Assembly (NCBI RefSeq): GCF_964355755.1
Contig: NC_092678.1
Location: 8,820,422 to 8,884,421 of the forward strand
Direction: 5' to 3'
Source of the DNA: Antedon mediterranea
Lineage: Eukaryota; Animalia; Echinodermata
DNA length: 64,000 bases
Shown here: positions 1 to 12,004 of the stretch, piece after piece
Layout: the number at the start of each line of letters is the position of its first letter
Numbering within the stretch: position 1 is the first letter of the stretch
Program-made: the position numbers and the translations under genes
Notes under the pieces: generated by a model
Database searches by the model: none
Seen by the model: the letters and a program-made list of their open reading frames with translations, nothing else
What the model was told of the DNA's origin: nothing

Positions 1-1644
1 CACGAATGAATGTCAGAAGACCACGAATGATCAGCCTGCCCGTTGGCAGAAGACATCAAAGTTGAAGAAAGGTTTTTGGTCAAAACTGGGTAAAAAATGT
101 ATGGTCTTTCTTAAAAATTATGCCCCAAAAATAATTACAACTGCTGCGAATATTATTTTATTGGGTGCAGGGGTACCAGCTGCTATTAAATGGTAAACCT
201 TAACAATACAAAGAAATATTGGCTGAGATAAAAACAAATTCAAATTGTTTAAATTTACATAGTATAGCCTATTTCAAATTTGCTTTTATTCGTCTATATT
301 TTTCTTTTTTTTTTAAGTTTTGGGAAACAGTACATCACCAACTTGAATAAACAATTTATTTTAGATTGATTGATTGGAGACTGCGATTGTAACAATATCA
401 TTAGCTTTGCATCAAATTTGTTTTATTTACATTATAAAATCTAAATAATCGATGTTGACATGATGCAAATGCAAATTGTTATTATATCTAATCTTTTTTT
501 CTTTAGATCAAGGAATGTGTGACTTTATGTTTCAGTAGCAATTTAAAAGCATTAGTAACTAACCATTTTTGTTGAAATTAGTACCGTATTACCGTGGGGT
601 GAAAATTCGTCAAATTTAATTCTAAAGGCCCAGTGGCCTAATGATATCAAGAAGATCCGGGTTAGGGTTTATATACCAGTTTATAGGATAGGTAACACAT
701 AAATAGATTAGTGTTTTCTTTATTAAGCAACAAATAATAATAGTTTACTATTTGCAAAACACGCAAATGTATTATTACAAATAAATTTTAATTAAGAAAA
801 ATGTTCAACTACTACTGTGTTTTTTTATAGTAAATATTATATTTTTCTTCAGTGGCTGAACCCCACATTTATTGTAGATTTTCAGTATTGAAAGTAAAAT
901 CATTATAAATTACCTTTTTTACAAAATATTTTTTTATTTTACTAGGCCTACAGTATATGTGAATTTATTAACATGAAACAGGGCCACTTAACAGTGATTT
1001 ATATCGTGTTTTGGTGAACCAAATCAAATGGATTGTTTAAATAAAGTCTAATCTACTTTTTGCGGTGCAAAAAATACAACCAATCATAGCTCAATAATAT
1101 GTTTTTAACATCAACTAGCAAAACTCAGGAGACACTCATGAGTTGTGGTTGAAGTGAAATGTAAAATCAAACAACTCCGGGGTTGAACAGGTGAATGTTT
1201 CCGGTGGACGAACTGTGGAGACACAGCGGGATAGTCGATGTGAAAAGTACCAACTCTAAACTTCTGTGTTTTTTATGTCAAAATGTTATCCTCACACGAT
1301 CAATCATTGCTTTTATATTTATTTAAAAATACTTTAAATATTTGTACAAAATATATAGTAGGTCTAAAAAATAATAAATAGTATAAATAAAATGTTATAA
1401 TGACATCTGAGGCTTTTGAAAATAATTATCAAATTGAAAATATTATCAGTTAAAATTATTTTAATGATCGTCGCGATGTAAACAAACAAACGAAATAGAG
1501 GGCGAAAACGAAACTCCGGTGTTGATGTGAATGGGGTCTCTCAGGAGTTTCTGGACGTTGTGAATAATTACAAACCCCGGAGTATCTCCGGAGATGATCA
1601 GTGTGCAGTTAGATGTAAAAGGTGTATTATTCACCTATTGAAAA

Positions 1645-2008
1645 ATGGAAAAGCTTTTTGGTCATGACAATGGAAAAGCTTTTTGGTCAGACAATGGAAA
1701 AGCTTTTTGGTCATTTATGAGGAAATCGCGAGCGAAAAATGCACCGAAGATGTTTAATATTAATGGGACACTAGTAGAGAATCCCAGATTATTGCCGACC
1801 CTTTTAACTCTTTTTTTCAATCAAATTTCACTAATGACTCTGTACAGGTTGAAACTCACACTGATTGTACTGGGAACCATATTGGCCTCTCTCTCCTCAA
1901 TAACATCATTACAACCCCGTCGGAGGTCTTGTTCATAATTAACGGTCTGAAAATGGGGAAAGCTCCGGGGCCCGATGGCATAACGTCATCGATGCTTAAA
2001 CTATCTGC
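1645..2008 (+). mobile_element. 5' fragment of a 5'-truncated CR1/L2-type LINE ORF2 (host element, split by a nested insertion)
   Basis: Translates KAFWSFMRKSR...INGTLVENP, then after a frameshift IITTPSEVLFIINGLKMGKAPGPDGITSSMLKLSA, the typical pre-RT K(A/S)PGPDG motif. It stops abruptly at a poly-T run. Confidence 0.9.
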
Positions 2009-5000
2009 TTTTTTTTTTTTTTTTTTTTTATTCAATTTCCAGGTAACATACAAAAATCATAAACAAGGTACGGCATCATTCAACAAAACAGAACAAAAGT
2101 ACTATCAGCACCTGCGGGTAACCAAAAGTGGATCAGTTCAAAAGAACTGCACTGTCGAGTGGCTTTCCCAACTAATAGTACGGAAAACGCAAAAGACATA
2201 AAAACACAGTGATAGTCTAGATGAATTCGATATCAGTAATACATTTTTTCAAATCCTTTCTAAACCCCCCCCCCCCCCTCCCCAAAGTTAAACAGGACTT
2301 TGTTACGAACTTCATGCGGGATACATTCCCATATTCGAGGGAAATTAACAAACAGGAAGTATTTAAATGCATTAGTTCTAGCATACATGTGTTTAAAGGT
2401 GAGCGACTCTGGATACCGAGAATGAATTGTAAGGTATTCAAATATATCAAAATCAATTAAATTATGCAAACACTTAACTACAAAAATTATACTATGAAAT
2501 TTCATTCTTTGAACCATATCTGGTAAATTTAGTATCTTAAGCCTGTCAGTGAAATCACCTTCAACACACAATTTAGTAGACCGTCTTAATGACTTGTTAA
2601 TAGCTATATTATGTTGTTTTTGATGTGGATCCCACACAGGAGCACCATATTCAATAACAGGTCGACATAGTGCATTAAAAAGTCGTAGTAAAATTTCGGT
2701 GTCATTGAAACCTACAAACCGTTTGATAAACCCAAGCATTCTCATTTATTTCATCGATACATCATTAACGTGAGCAGACCATGTTAAATCACGTGAGAAG
2801 TTAATACCAAGATATTTATGTGAATTAACAGCTTCAAGGGGATTGGATTCGATTGTATAAATAAAATGAGGGATATAATTACGTTTCTTAGTTATGTGCA
2901 TGACTTTACACTTCTTTGCATTTAATTTCATTTTATTATCCTCACACCATTTGGAAATTTTACAAAGATCCTGTTGTAAGGTAAGTGCATCATGACGACT
3001 GAATTCAGGTTTATAAATTACTGTATCATCTGCATACTGCTTCATAACAGAAGAGGTATTTAGAGGTAGGTCATAAACAAAGAGATTAAATAGAAGCGGG
3101 CCTAACACTGATCCCTGAGGAACACCCGAGCCCACTCTATCCCAATCAGAATGCTCCTTATTAAGAACAACACGTTGGAATCTGTCACTGAGAAAGGAGT
3201 GAAGACACTTTAGGAGAGATCCACATACTCCCATGTTGTGCAGTTTCTTGATTACTAAATCATAGGGAACACGGTCAAAGGCCTTCTCCCAATCAAGGAA
3301 TATTGCATCAATTACAGGAGGTTGTCTAACATCCATTGTTTGTGACCAATCATGATATAACGCTGAGGCCTGTGTAATACACGATCTACCTGGATAAAAC
3401 CCGTGTTGCGTGGGACTTATAAATCCAAAAAATTGAAGATTAAAAAGGATGTTATCTGCTATAATACGTTCAAAAACCTTACCTATAATAGAACATAGCG
3501 ATATGGGTCGATAATTATTAACATCGTTACGCTTACCTGACTTAAAAATAGGAGTGACATTCGCGAGTTTCCAATCTTTTGGTACAAAGCCATCCGTTAA
3601 GAACTTGTTAAACATTTTGCACAACACTGGGGCAATAATTGGAGCTGACATGGATAACATTTTAGGTGTAATTCCGTCTGGTCCAGGGGATTTGTTGGGT
3701 TTCAATGACAATAGAGCCTCGAAAATAGTTTTTTCAGTAATATTAATGTTATTAAGGGGAACAATATCTGGGTGAACACAATTACAGATCTCATAGTTAA
3801 CATTGAAATTACGATTAGGTTCGTTAAAGTTTGATGCAAAGAATGTGGAAAATGCATTTACCGCATCGATATCGGAAACCAAGGGTATACCATTAAAAAC
3901 AAAGTTTTTGACTTGTCCAGTCTTACGCCTTGTCTTAACATAACTAAAAAAACGTTTGGAGTCACCATTTACACAGGCGACACTTAATTTCCTAATATAT
4001 TGTAAATGAGCTTTTTTTGTTAGGTTTCTTAATTTTATTACTAAACTTTCTATATTTGTCCATCTTATTTGGGTTATGAGGATGACGATGAGCCTCTTTT
4101 AGCATTCGTTTCTTTTTACGAGCCATGGTAACCATTTCTTGAGTTATCCAAGCTGGCCTGTTTCTTTTTTTACTTTTGACTTTAGGGATACAATCGTTGA
4201 TAGTGGCGAGAAAGAGGTCTTTAACATTTTCCCACATTTCCTCACAGTCTGATTGTTCCAGGCACAGTCCCCAAGGAACCGCCCCCAACGTTGTAAAAAG
4301 ATCGTCATGGTCACATTTACTATATTGATAATAATATCTATCTACAGGTTTAACTTTACTGCATCTAGCGTTAATATTAAAATAAACCCCAAGGTGGTCA
4401 CTTGTACTGAGACCGGGATGACTTCTGAAATTACATACAATGTCAGGGTTATTGCACAAGACCAGATCAATAATGCTACTTTTGGTGTTAGATACACGAG
4501 TAAAAAAATCAACAAATTGTATAGTATCAAGTGGAGCAATAATTTCTTTAAATTTCTTATAAACTAAGGGACTATCAACACCGTAATCATAATTAAAATC
4601 ACCAGTTAAAATTACACCACAGTACTTATGTAAAATAGAAAGGATAAAATCAACGACATCGTGGAATTGATTGAGCCAATCGTCATTTGAACTCGGTGGC
4701 CTATAAACAGCACATATTAAAACGTTAAAATTGTTATTTACAGTTATTTCAATAATTTTGACCTCAATGTTAGTAGGAAAGTCAACAATAGAGGATTTAA
4801 ATGCGTTCTTCAAAGCTAACAGAACACCACCACCGTGTCTTGAACGGTCTTTTCTGTACACAACGAATGAGTCTGGAAACAATTCCGTACTATCAATAGA
4901 GGAGTCCAGCCACGTTTCTGTGACAATCAAGATGTCCATTTCATCAATTGCGATACGCGCATGGAATTCTTCGATCTTATTCACCACACTTCTGGCGTTA

Positions 5001-5428
5001 AATAAAGCAACTTGAATAAGGTTAGTTTCAAAGATGGAAGAATCAGTTGATGTATTGCTGGATGCAAGTGACAATATACTGTTGTTGTTGTTCAATGAGT
5101 TGTCAAAAAATGAGTCCGATAGTTGTGGTAGGGAGCAGATGTTACACGCCCATGGATTATCTTGATAAAACACATAACTATCGCTGCTCATAGGTATGCA
5201 CTTGATATGAAATATGTGATGACATTCACAGCAAATCAGACATTTTTTATTGCGTCTCGCCGTTTTAGCGCAAGATTCACATGTATTCTTCGTACTATTA
5301 CCGTTTCCAATATGCTGGCTCTTGTTCCTATGCATCAGCTCTGGGCCTGGGTGAGGATGAATGTCGCCACTAACCAACAAACATAGGTTTAAAGTCGAAT
5401 AATGATTGGCGTAATATCTCACAGGCCT
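2009..5428 (-). mobile_element. CR1/L2-type LINE (ORF2, 3'UTR and poly-A tail) inserted antisense into another LINE
   Basis: On the minus strand: 2A-like motif, PHD finger, APE endonuclease (NARS, TETWL, YRPP, GDFN, SDH), RT (KSPGPDG, YRPISL, LDWEKAFD, GVPQGSVLGPLLF, YADD, YLG), C-terminal region, then ...AATTGAATA followed by an A-tail (T-run 2009-2029 on +). Confidence 0.95.
2260..5428 (-). pseudogene. LINE ORF2 (PHD-APE-RT) with one frameshift near 4010 and one in-frame stop at 2746-2748
   Basis: ORFs 3992..5527, 2746..3882 and 2260..2745 join into one ORF2. The junction reads VSMK*MRMLGFIKR in frame. Confidence 0.9.
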
Positions 5429-7187
5429 ACTTATATATGTAAGCCCCTTTCTGAGCTTTTCAATCTTTCGCTTCGATCTGGCGTTCTTCCGACGGAATGG
5501 AAAGTGGCCAATGTGGTTCCCATTCACAAATCGGATGATGTTAAAGTTATAAACAACTATCGTCCGATTTCGCTATGTAGTGTTGTGGGTAAGATACTTG
5601 AGAGAATCGTGTGTAAAAATCTAACCGACCACCTTAACTTGCATGGTATGATGTCCTCACAGCAGCACGGGTTTGTCTCCGGCAGGTCTTGTCAAACTCT
5701 CCTTGCCACTGCTTACACCCATTGGTCTGATATTTTGGATGAACGCAAGCCCCCTCCCATTGATGCCCTGTTCTTAGATTTTAGCAAGGCTTTTGATCGG
5801 GTCTGTCACTCTCTGCTCCTTGAGAAGCTTCACCGTCTTGGGATCTGTGGCGAAATTTTGCGGTGGTTCACATCTTTTTTATTGGGTAGGTCTCAAAGAG
5901 TTGCGTTTAGGGGTGCCCAGTCATACCGTTGTCCTGTCTCCTCGGGAGTCCCACAAGGTACCGTAGTGTACTCGGCCCGGTTTTGTTTAATGTATTTACT
6001 TTAGACTTGTCCTCCTCCATTGAATCGAATATTTTACTTTATGCCGACGATGTAGCAGTCTACAGTGCAATAAGATCTACCGAAGACAGTGCTGCATTGC
6101 AGAACGACATAAACGAAATTTATAATTGGAGTGTTCTTAATAAATTACCGCTTAATCCTATTAAATGTAAGCACATACGGTTTACTAGATCAGCCAAACT
6201 TAAGAACAGTGCAATCAATTATCTAATTGGGGAGAACGTTATTGAGAGGGTGGAGTGTTTTAAATATATTGGGATTACCTTTACACACAAGCTTGAATGG
6301 GGTACCCATGTCGCAAATGTTAAGGCTAAGGCGTCCAGGCTTCTGGGGTTTATCATGAGGGTCGTGCGTTTTAGAAACCACATCGTTTTCCCGAAGCTTT
6401 TTAATGCTCTTGTTAGACCTATTATGGAGTATGTGATGCCGGCGTGGTTTCCGTATCGAAAGGGAGAGATTGAATCTTTAGAGAGGGGTTCAACGCCGCA
6501 TGACCAGGGTTTGTATACCTAAATCCTGTGGCACCCTGTCTTATGAGCAGAGACTTGGAGTTCTTGGTCTTCCGTCCTTTGATGGTCGTATAAATTACCT
6601 ATTGATTTCCTTTGTTTCCTAATGTCTCGATAACAAATATAATTTTAAAATTTTTGATTTTGTTCAGATTAACCTCAGGCGTGACAATGATCTACTTGTT
6701 CACAAGTTTGGTAGGACTGACAATTCTAAATTGTCTACATTTAAGCAGTTTCAACGCTCATGGGATAGGTTGCCTCAGGATCTTAGAAATACGCTCCCGA
6801 TTAACTTAGGCTTATTTACTAATAAATTAAAATGTTATTTTACGCTAAATATTTCCTTTTATTCTTTTACAACTATCGGCCATTAATCCGCGAAAAATTG
6901 AAACTTCATTTGATATCTGTGATAATTATAACAGTAATAATAATAACAATAATAATAATAATGATAATGTCTTGGGTAACTTTTGTATAGATATTTTGTA
7001 CTTTTTTAATCTTCACGTTGTTTTTGTAATTTTGTATTTTATTGTTGATTGATTTTGTTTTGCTGGAGACCCACTTGATAGTTTGATTTAGTTCACTTTT
7101 GGGAATCCTGTCTCTCTCTATTGTTTGTTATTTTTTTTGTTATAATTATGTGAGACGAAATAAATGAAATGAAATGAAATGAAAAAA
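5429..7187 (+). mobile_element. 3' part of the host CR1/L2-type LINE (RT domain, 3'UTR, (GAAAT)n tail)
   Basis: TYICKPLSELFNLSL...YRPISL...LDFSKAFD...GVPQG, frameshift, SVLGPVLF...YADD...YIG. Ends with aataaatgaaatgaaatgaaatgaaaaaaa. It continues the reading frame broken at 2008. Confidence 0.92.
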
Positions 7188-7311
7188 ATGTGATGTGCCC
7201 ATATATGGACATGATGATGTCATATCACTACCATATTTGGGCATAGCACTACCATATTTGGGTACATCGCACTTTTTTGTCAAACTGGTTTCATAGTGTA
7301 TACAGAGCTTA
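7183..7311. repeat. Partial copy of a short MITE-like repeat with a 21-bp internal tandem unit (also at 38200-38365)
   Basis: Shares aaatgtgat...catatcactaccatatttggg...gtcaaa...agtgta(g/t)acagagctt with the copy at 38.2 kb. Confidence 0.75.
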
Positions 7312-7671
7312 AAGTATAGATCAAAACAATTCCGAACCAAAATTTGTTGAGTTAGCTGCCAGGACTTTTAGGATGCCAGGTCTTTTACCACTTTTCTTAT
7401 CTATTAGACGATTTTATTTGTAAATGTACCATTATTATTAAAACTAAATAAGCACCTCCCTCAAATTAATCTCCGCCTCCCCACATCCACACTATAAGGG
7501 GCTCTACCAAACAATAAACACTATACGTAAAACGCTATTAATCATTTAAGACACTGTGAAACATGTTAGTGAGTAGGTTAAATTTTACGAATATCAAGCA
7601 TTTCAATGATAGCCGACCGAAAACGTCCATGCCAGAATGTCCTAAAACCTTTTTACCCGACCGAGTCATTA

Positions 7672-7736
7672 TCATTCCGAGAACCATCGTCTACACTTCC
7701 TAGAGGGGGAGCGAGCGAAGTGAGCTCACCCTCTAG
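7672..7736 (+). mobile_element. Helitron-type 3' terminus (hairpin plus CTAG|T); 5' end not defined
   Basis: ctagagggggagcgagcgaagtgagctcaccctctag|t, preceded by cgagaaccatc as in the Helitron ends at 26560 and 34302. Confidence 0.65.
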
Positions 7737-9149
7737 TATTTTAAATACAAAAAGAATCCCAGATTTATATTAGGCCTATTTTTCTTTTCATTATTGCTTG
7801 TGGATGCGTATTCAGTTGTTTGTCTTTCACTCAGTACCTAAATAAATTTATCCATTGTGTGATATTTATTTGGTACTTCCTATCCTGTCAATGCATTTTC
7901 TACAGCCTTATAATCATGGAAGCAACAATATCTAAAACGTCATATTCTGTAAAAGGTTATATATAAAAATTATGAAATAAGGCAGTTAAAAAAATTAGAA
8001 ATGCAAATTTAATCCATTTGGTAATTTTTATTGATGTATTGTTCCTGTTTGAAACGATAAGGTATGTGTTGGGATGATTGTCCTTAGTACTGCCTCATGC
8101 AATGACGTCACGTTAAATCTAGTGGATTCATTCACATCAACCATTAACTGCTAGTGACACAGCTAAGCGTGCAACTAAGCATTTGGAAACACAAATTCAG
8201 ATTTAGGAAGATTGTGCGCGTGTTTTGTTTAAAGTAAAATAAAATAAAATTGGTTACAGTAATATATATGGAAAGATAATACATGTTTAGCTGTGTTTTA
8301 TACTTGACTTTCAAGATATTAACAACATTGACAAGCCTCTACATATCAATCTATCTAACATTAAATCATTTCTTTTTAACTAAGAAATATATTTTTGTAA
8401 TTGTTAATTTTTTCGTATAATCATTTATCGTATTGATTAGATTAAGTCATAACATCTTTCAATCTACTTATCCAGCTAGTCTCCGTGCCAGCCGTCTATT
8501 AGCCCCATTCCGTTGTTGTCTGCAAACCAGCACTGACGAGTTTGTTTTGTACCAGGCCCAGGTTCGTCAGCATATTCCAGTGTCACCGGAACTTGACGAG
8601 AATTCACATATTGTGTGCCCTTTATAGCAGGTTTATCGAAGTGTACATTATTGAGACGTATACGGCGATTTCTGTTATAAAATTGTCCTACAATAATATA
8701 GATAACAAATAACAAACATGGTTAATTAAAAGCAGTCTACTTGTAAATATTCAGATTCGTACTGTTGAAGTCGTGTGATTCAAATATCTTAAGTTCATTT
8801 TCTTGATTTTGTTGGGCTTTTTTTCAAATTGTATTCATCAATCAATTCTAGTGTATCTGGTGGGAGATTTGTTTTATATTCACTACAATAATAATTGCAA
8901 TATTACTGTAGTTTAATTCTACAGACTGATACATTTTGTGAAAAAAATTTATTGTTTTAATATACTTTGTTTTAAATGTTTCCTTTAAATGTTAGCAGCT
9001 TTCTCACCATGTGGTGTATCACATCATTAATCCATTGATTAATATTATTTGCTTTGTATAAGCATTGGACCTATACATTACTATAAATAACCTATGAATT
9101 CATCAATACACAGCAAAATTTGAAATTCTAAGCAAGAAAAAAAAATCTT

Positions 9150-10660
9150 GTTTTAAGAAAAAATTCTTAAAATAAGTATTTTTTTTCTTGTCAAGATTTA
9201 AAATTACTTAAAACAAGAAATAATTTTCTAGAAAAGACACATTTTCTTAAATTAAGTTTTGCAATATTCTTGAAAATGCTTATTACAAGAAATATTTTAC
9301 TTAAAATAAGAAGTCAATATCATTCTCTTCTTATTAAGAATAGTTTTGCTTAAAACAAGATTTGAAAATACTTAATTTGAAAAGTATTTTACTTAAAATA
9401 AGAAATCTATATTATATTTATCCCTATCAAGAATAATTTTTCTTAAATCAAGATTGATGAATTATAAAAATTACTTAAAACAATCAATATTTTTCTAGGT
9501 AAGACAAAGTTTCTTAAATTAGGTTTCGCAATAGTCTTGAAAATACTTGTTTTGAGAAATATTTTACTTAAAATAAGAAGTCAATTTCACACTACCCTTA
9601 TCAAGATTATTTTTACTTGAATCAAGATTCGCAATATTCTTGAAAATGCTTATTACAAGAAATATTTTACTTAAAATAAGAAGTCAATATCATTCTCTTC
9701 TTATTAAGAATAGTTTTGCTTAAAACAAGATTTGAAAATACTTAATTTGAAAAGTATTTTACTTAAAATAAGAAATCAATATTATATTTATCCCTATCAA
9801 GAATAATTTTTCTTAAATCAAGATTGATGAATTCTAAAAATTACTTAAAACAATAAATATTTTTCTAGGTAAGACAAAGTTTCTTAAATTAGGTTTCGCA
9901 ATATTCTTAAAAATACTTATTTTGAGAAATGTTTTACTTAAAATAAGAAGTCAATATCATACTATCTTATCAAGACTATTTTTGCTTAAATTGAGATTCG
10001 CAATATTTTTAAAAATACTTATTTTGAGAAATGTTTTACTTAAAATAAGAAGTCAATATCATACTATCTTATCAAGACTATTTTTACTTGAATCAAGATT
10101 CGCAATATTCTTAAAAATACTTATTTCGAGAAATGTTTTACTTAAAATAAGAAGTCAATATCATACTATCTTATCAAGACTATTTTTGCTTAAATTGAGA
10201 TTCGCAATATTTTAAAAAATAATTATTTTGAAAAATGTTTTACTTAAAATAAGAAGTCAATATCATACTACCCTATCAAGACTATTTTTGCTTGAATTCA
10301 GATTCGCAATATTCTGATTTTGAGAAATGTTTTACTTAAAATAAGAAGTCAATATCATACTATCTTATCAAGACTATTTTTACTTGAATCAAGATTCGCA
10401 ATATTCTTTAAAATACTTATTTTGAGAAATGTTTTACTTAAAATAAGAAGTCAATATCATACTATCTTATCAAGACTATTTTTGCTTAAATTGAGATTCG
10501 CAATATTTTAAAAAATACTTATTTTGAGAAATGTTTTACTTAAGATAAGAAGTCAATATCATACTATATCCTATCAAGACTATTTTTGCTTGAATTGAAG
10601 TCAATTCTATTTTAATATTCTGAAAAATACTTATTTTGAGAAATGTTTTACTTAAAATAG
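9150..10660. repeat. Left subterminal tandem array (102-bp unit from about 9900; about 370-bp higher-order duplication before it)
   Basis: tttgagaaatgttttacttaaaataagaagtcaatatc recurs every 102 bp. This produces the spurious 34-aa-periodic ORFs 9922..10215 and 10320..10511. Confidence 0.95.
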
Positions 10661-10661
10661 A

Positions 10662-11620
10662 TTGTCATCCTTATATTCACACAACGGTAGAGCAGTTAGC
10701 ACTTCAGTTTCAACTGATGAAAGAATCTGGGTAATCAAACTGTTTGTGCTTTGAATAATCGATTGCACTGCAACCTAAAGAAAATAATATTGATTTAATA
10801 TTTTTTATATTCAAGTTTTAATATGTTTAAAAACTAAGTTGTGCTTTAGATGGGGAGCTATGCAGCCTAACAAAAAAAATGTTATTTGTAACAATGAAAT
10901 TGGTCACAAAAAAATGCAACATAAACTTAGAGTGTATAATGCCTAGGCCTAGGCCTAGTACCCAAGTCCTATAGTTACTATAGCTAATAGTCCTGTATAA
11001 TAACAGTACCAGCAAGGCCTAGGAAATAGACGTATTTCTCTAATAAAAAATAGTTTAAAATGCATAATTGTTGTAATTTTAAAGCAAAATGGCTTACCTG
11101 TGGAATCTTGTTTCTCTCCTTTAATTTTAGTAGAAAGAAATCAGCATTTTTTATACTATTATCTGCTTGTTCATCCTCTAGTTAGTACTAAGTAGGCCTT
11201 CTTGCTGAGCATCAACAAGATAATTAATATTAAACAATCATTAACAGTATAACAATACTAAAATTATCACTACTACTAACTATCGTCAGTTGATAAATCA
11301 TCCCCGTTATAATAGTTTTTTTCTTCATTAACTTCGTCAGTCTCCTAGTCTAGGCCTAGTTCTACTTCATCCTCAATTGGCATCCTCGTTTTCTCCAGGC
11401 ATACTTATATACTGATGTTTCCATCGTCAACTGCAGGAGGTTGCCGATTGTTATACTCGTCCTTAAAATGGCGTCTTATGACATGCTTGTAAAACGAATT
11501 GTAAATTCCAAAGCTTGCCGGGCAGCGAACCACCAATTCCACATGTTACTCGAAAATTCGGAGTATTTCCATGAATTGAATTATAATGCCTTAGCAAATA
11601 GGGTAGCAAATACTGTACCT
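10662..11620 (-). pseudogene. Truncated N-terminus of an EnSpm/CACTA-type transposase (spliced; intron 11097-10775)
   Basis: HGNTPNFRVTCGIGG/CPASFGIYNSFYKHVIRRH is a frameshifted C2H2 finger. An acidic stretch follows, then FFLLKLKERNKIPQ|gtaag...ttag|VAVQSIIQSTNSLI. The sequence breaks off against the left array. Confidence 0.65.
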
Positions 11621-12004
11621 ACTTCAGTTTACTGGCACCAACTTATCGCTTTTTTTCGGACTGCAACAAACATGTGTCATTATTATTGTCTGTCGTATTA
11701 CTGTTGGTCCAGACGTTTTATAGATTTGCTTTAACCACCATGGAGGTTTATACCTCCATGCTTTAACGTTAAGCAGTATAATGACCTTATACATTCTGGG
11801 TAAAAGGCCAGCGATAAATTTTTGGTTATAGTTGAAAAACAACACTGTGTGTGGTCGATGACCTAGCTCCCGGCGGGATCATGGCCAACGGTTTTTTAAA
11901 GTAATCATTCAAAATCTAGAGTTTGTAAGTACTGTAAAAGACACCTTTCATCGCAATTTATATATTAAATGCTTCAATAGGCCTAGTAAGATTAGTCTAA
12001 TATA

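Noticed and set aside
1120-1615. Recurring aactccgg/ccggag motifs suggesting a MITE
   Set aside because: I could not define termini or a second copy in the window.
5429-5527. N-terminus of the 511-aa ORF 3992..5527 overlapping the + strand RT ORF
   Set aside because: This is chance read-through into the antisense strand of the host LINE beyond the insertion junction, not a true overlapping gene.
9922-10511. ORFs with 34-aa periodicity
   Set aside because: They are translations of the 102-bp tandem array, are broken by stops, and start at non-ATG codons.
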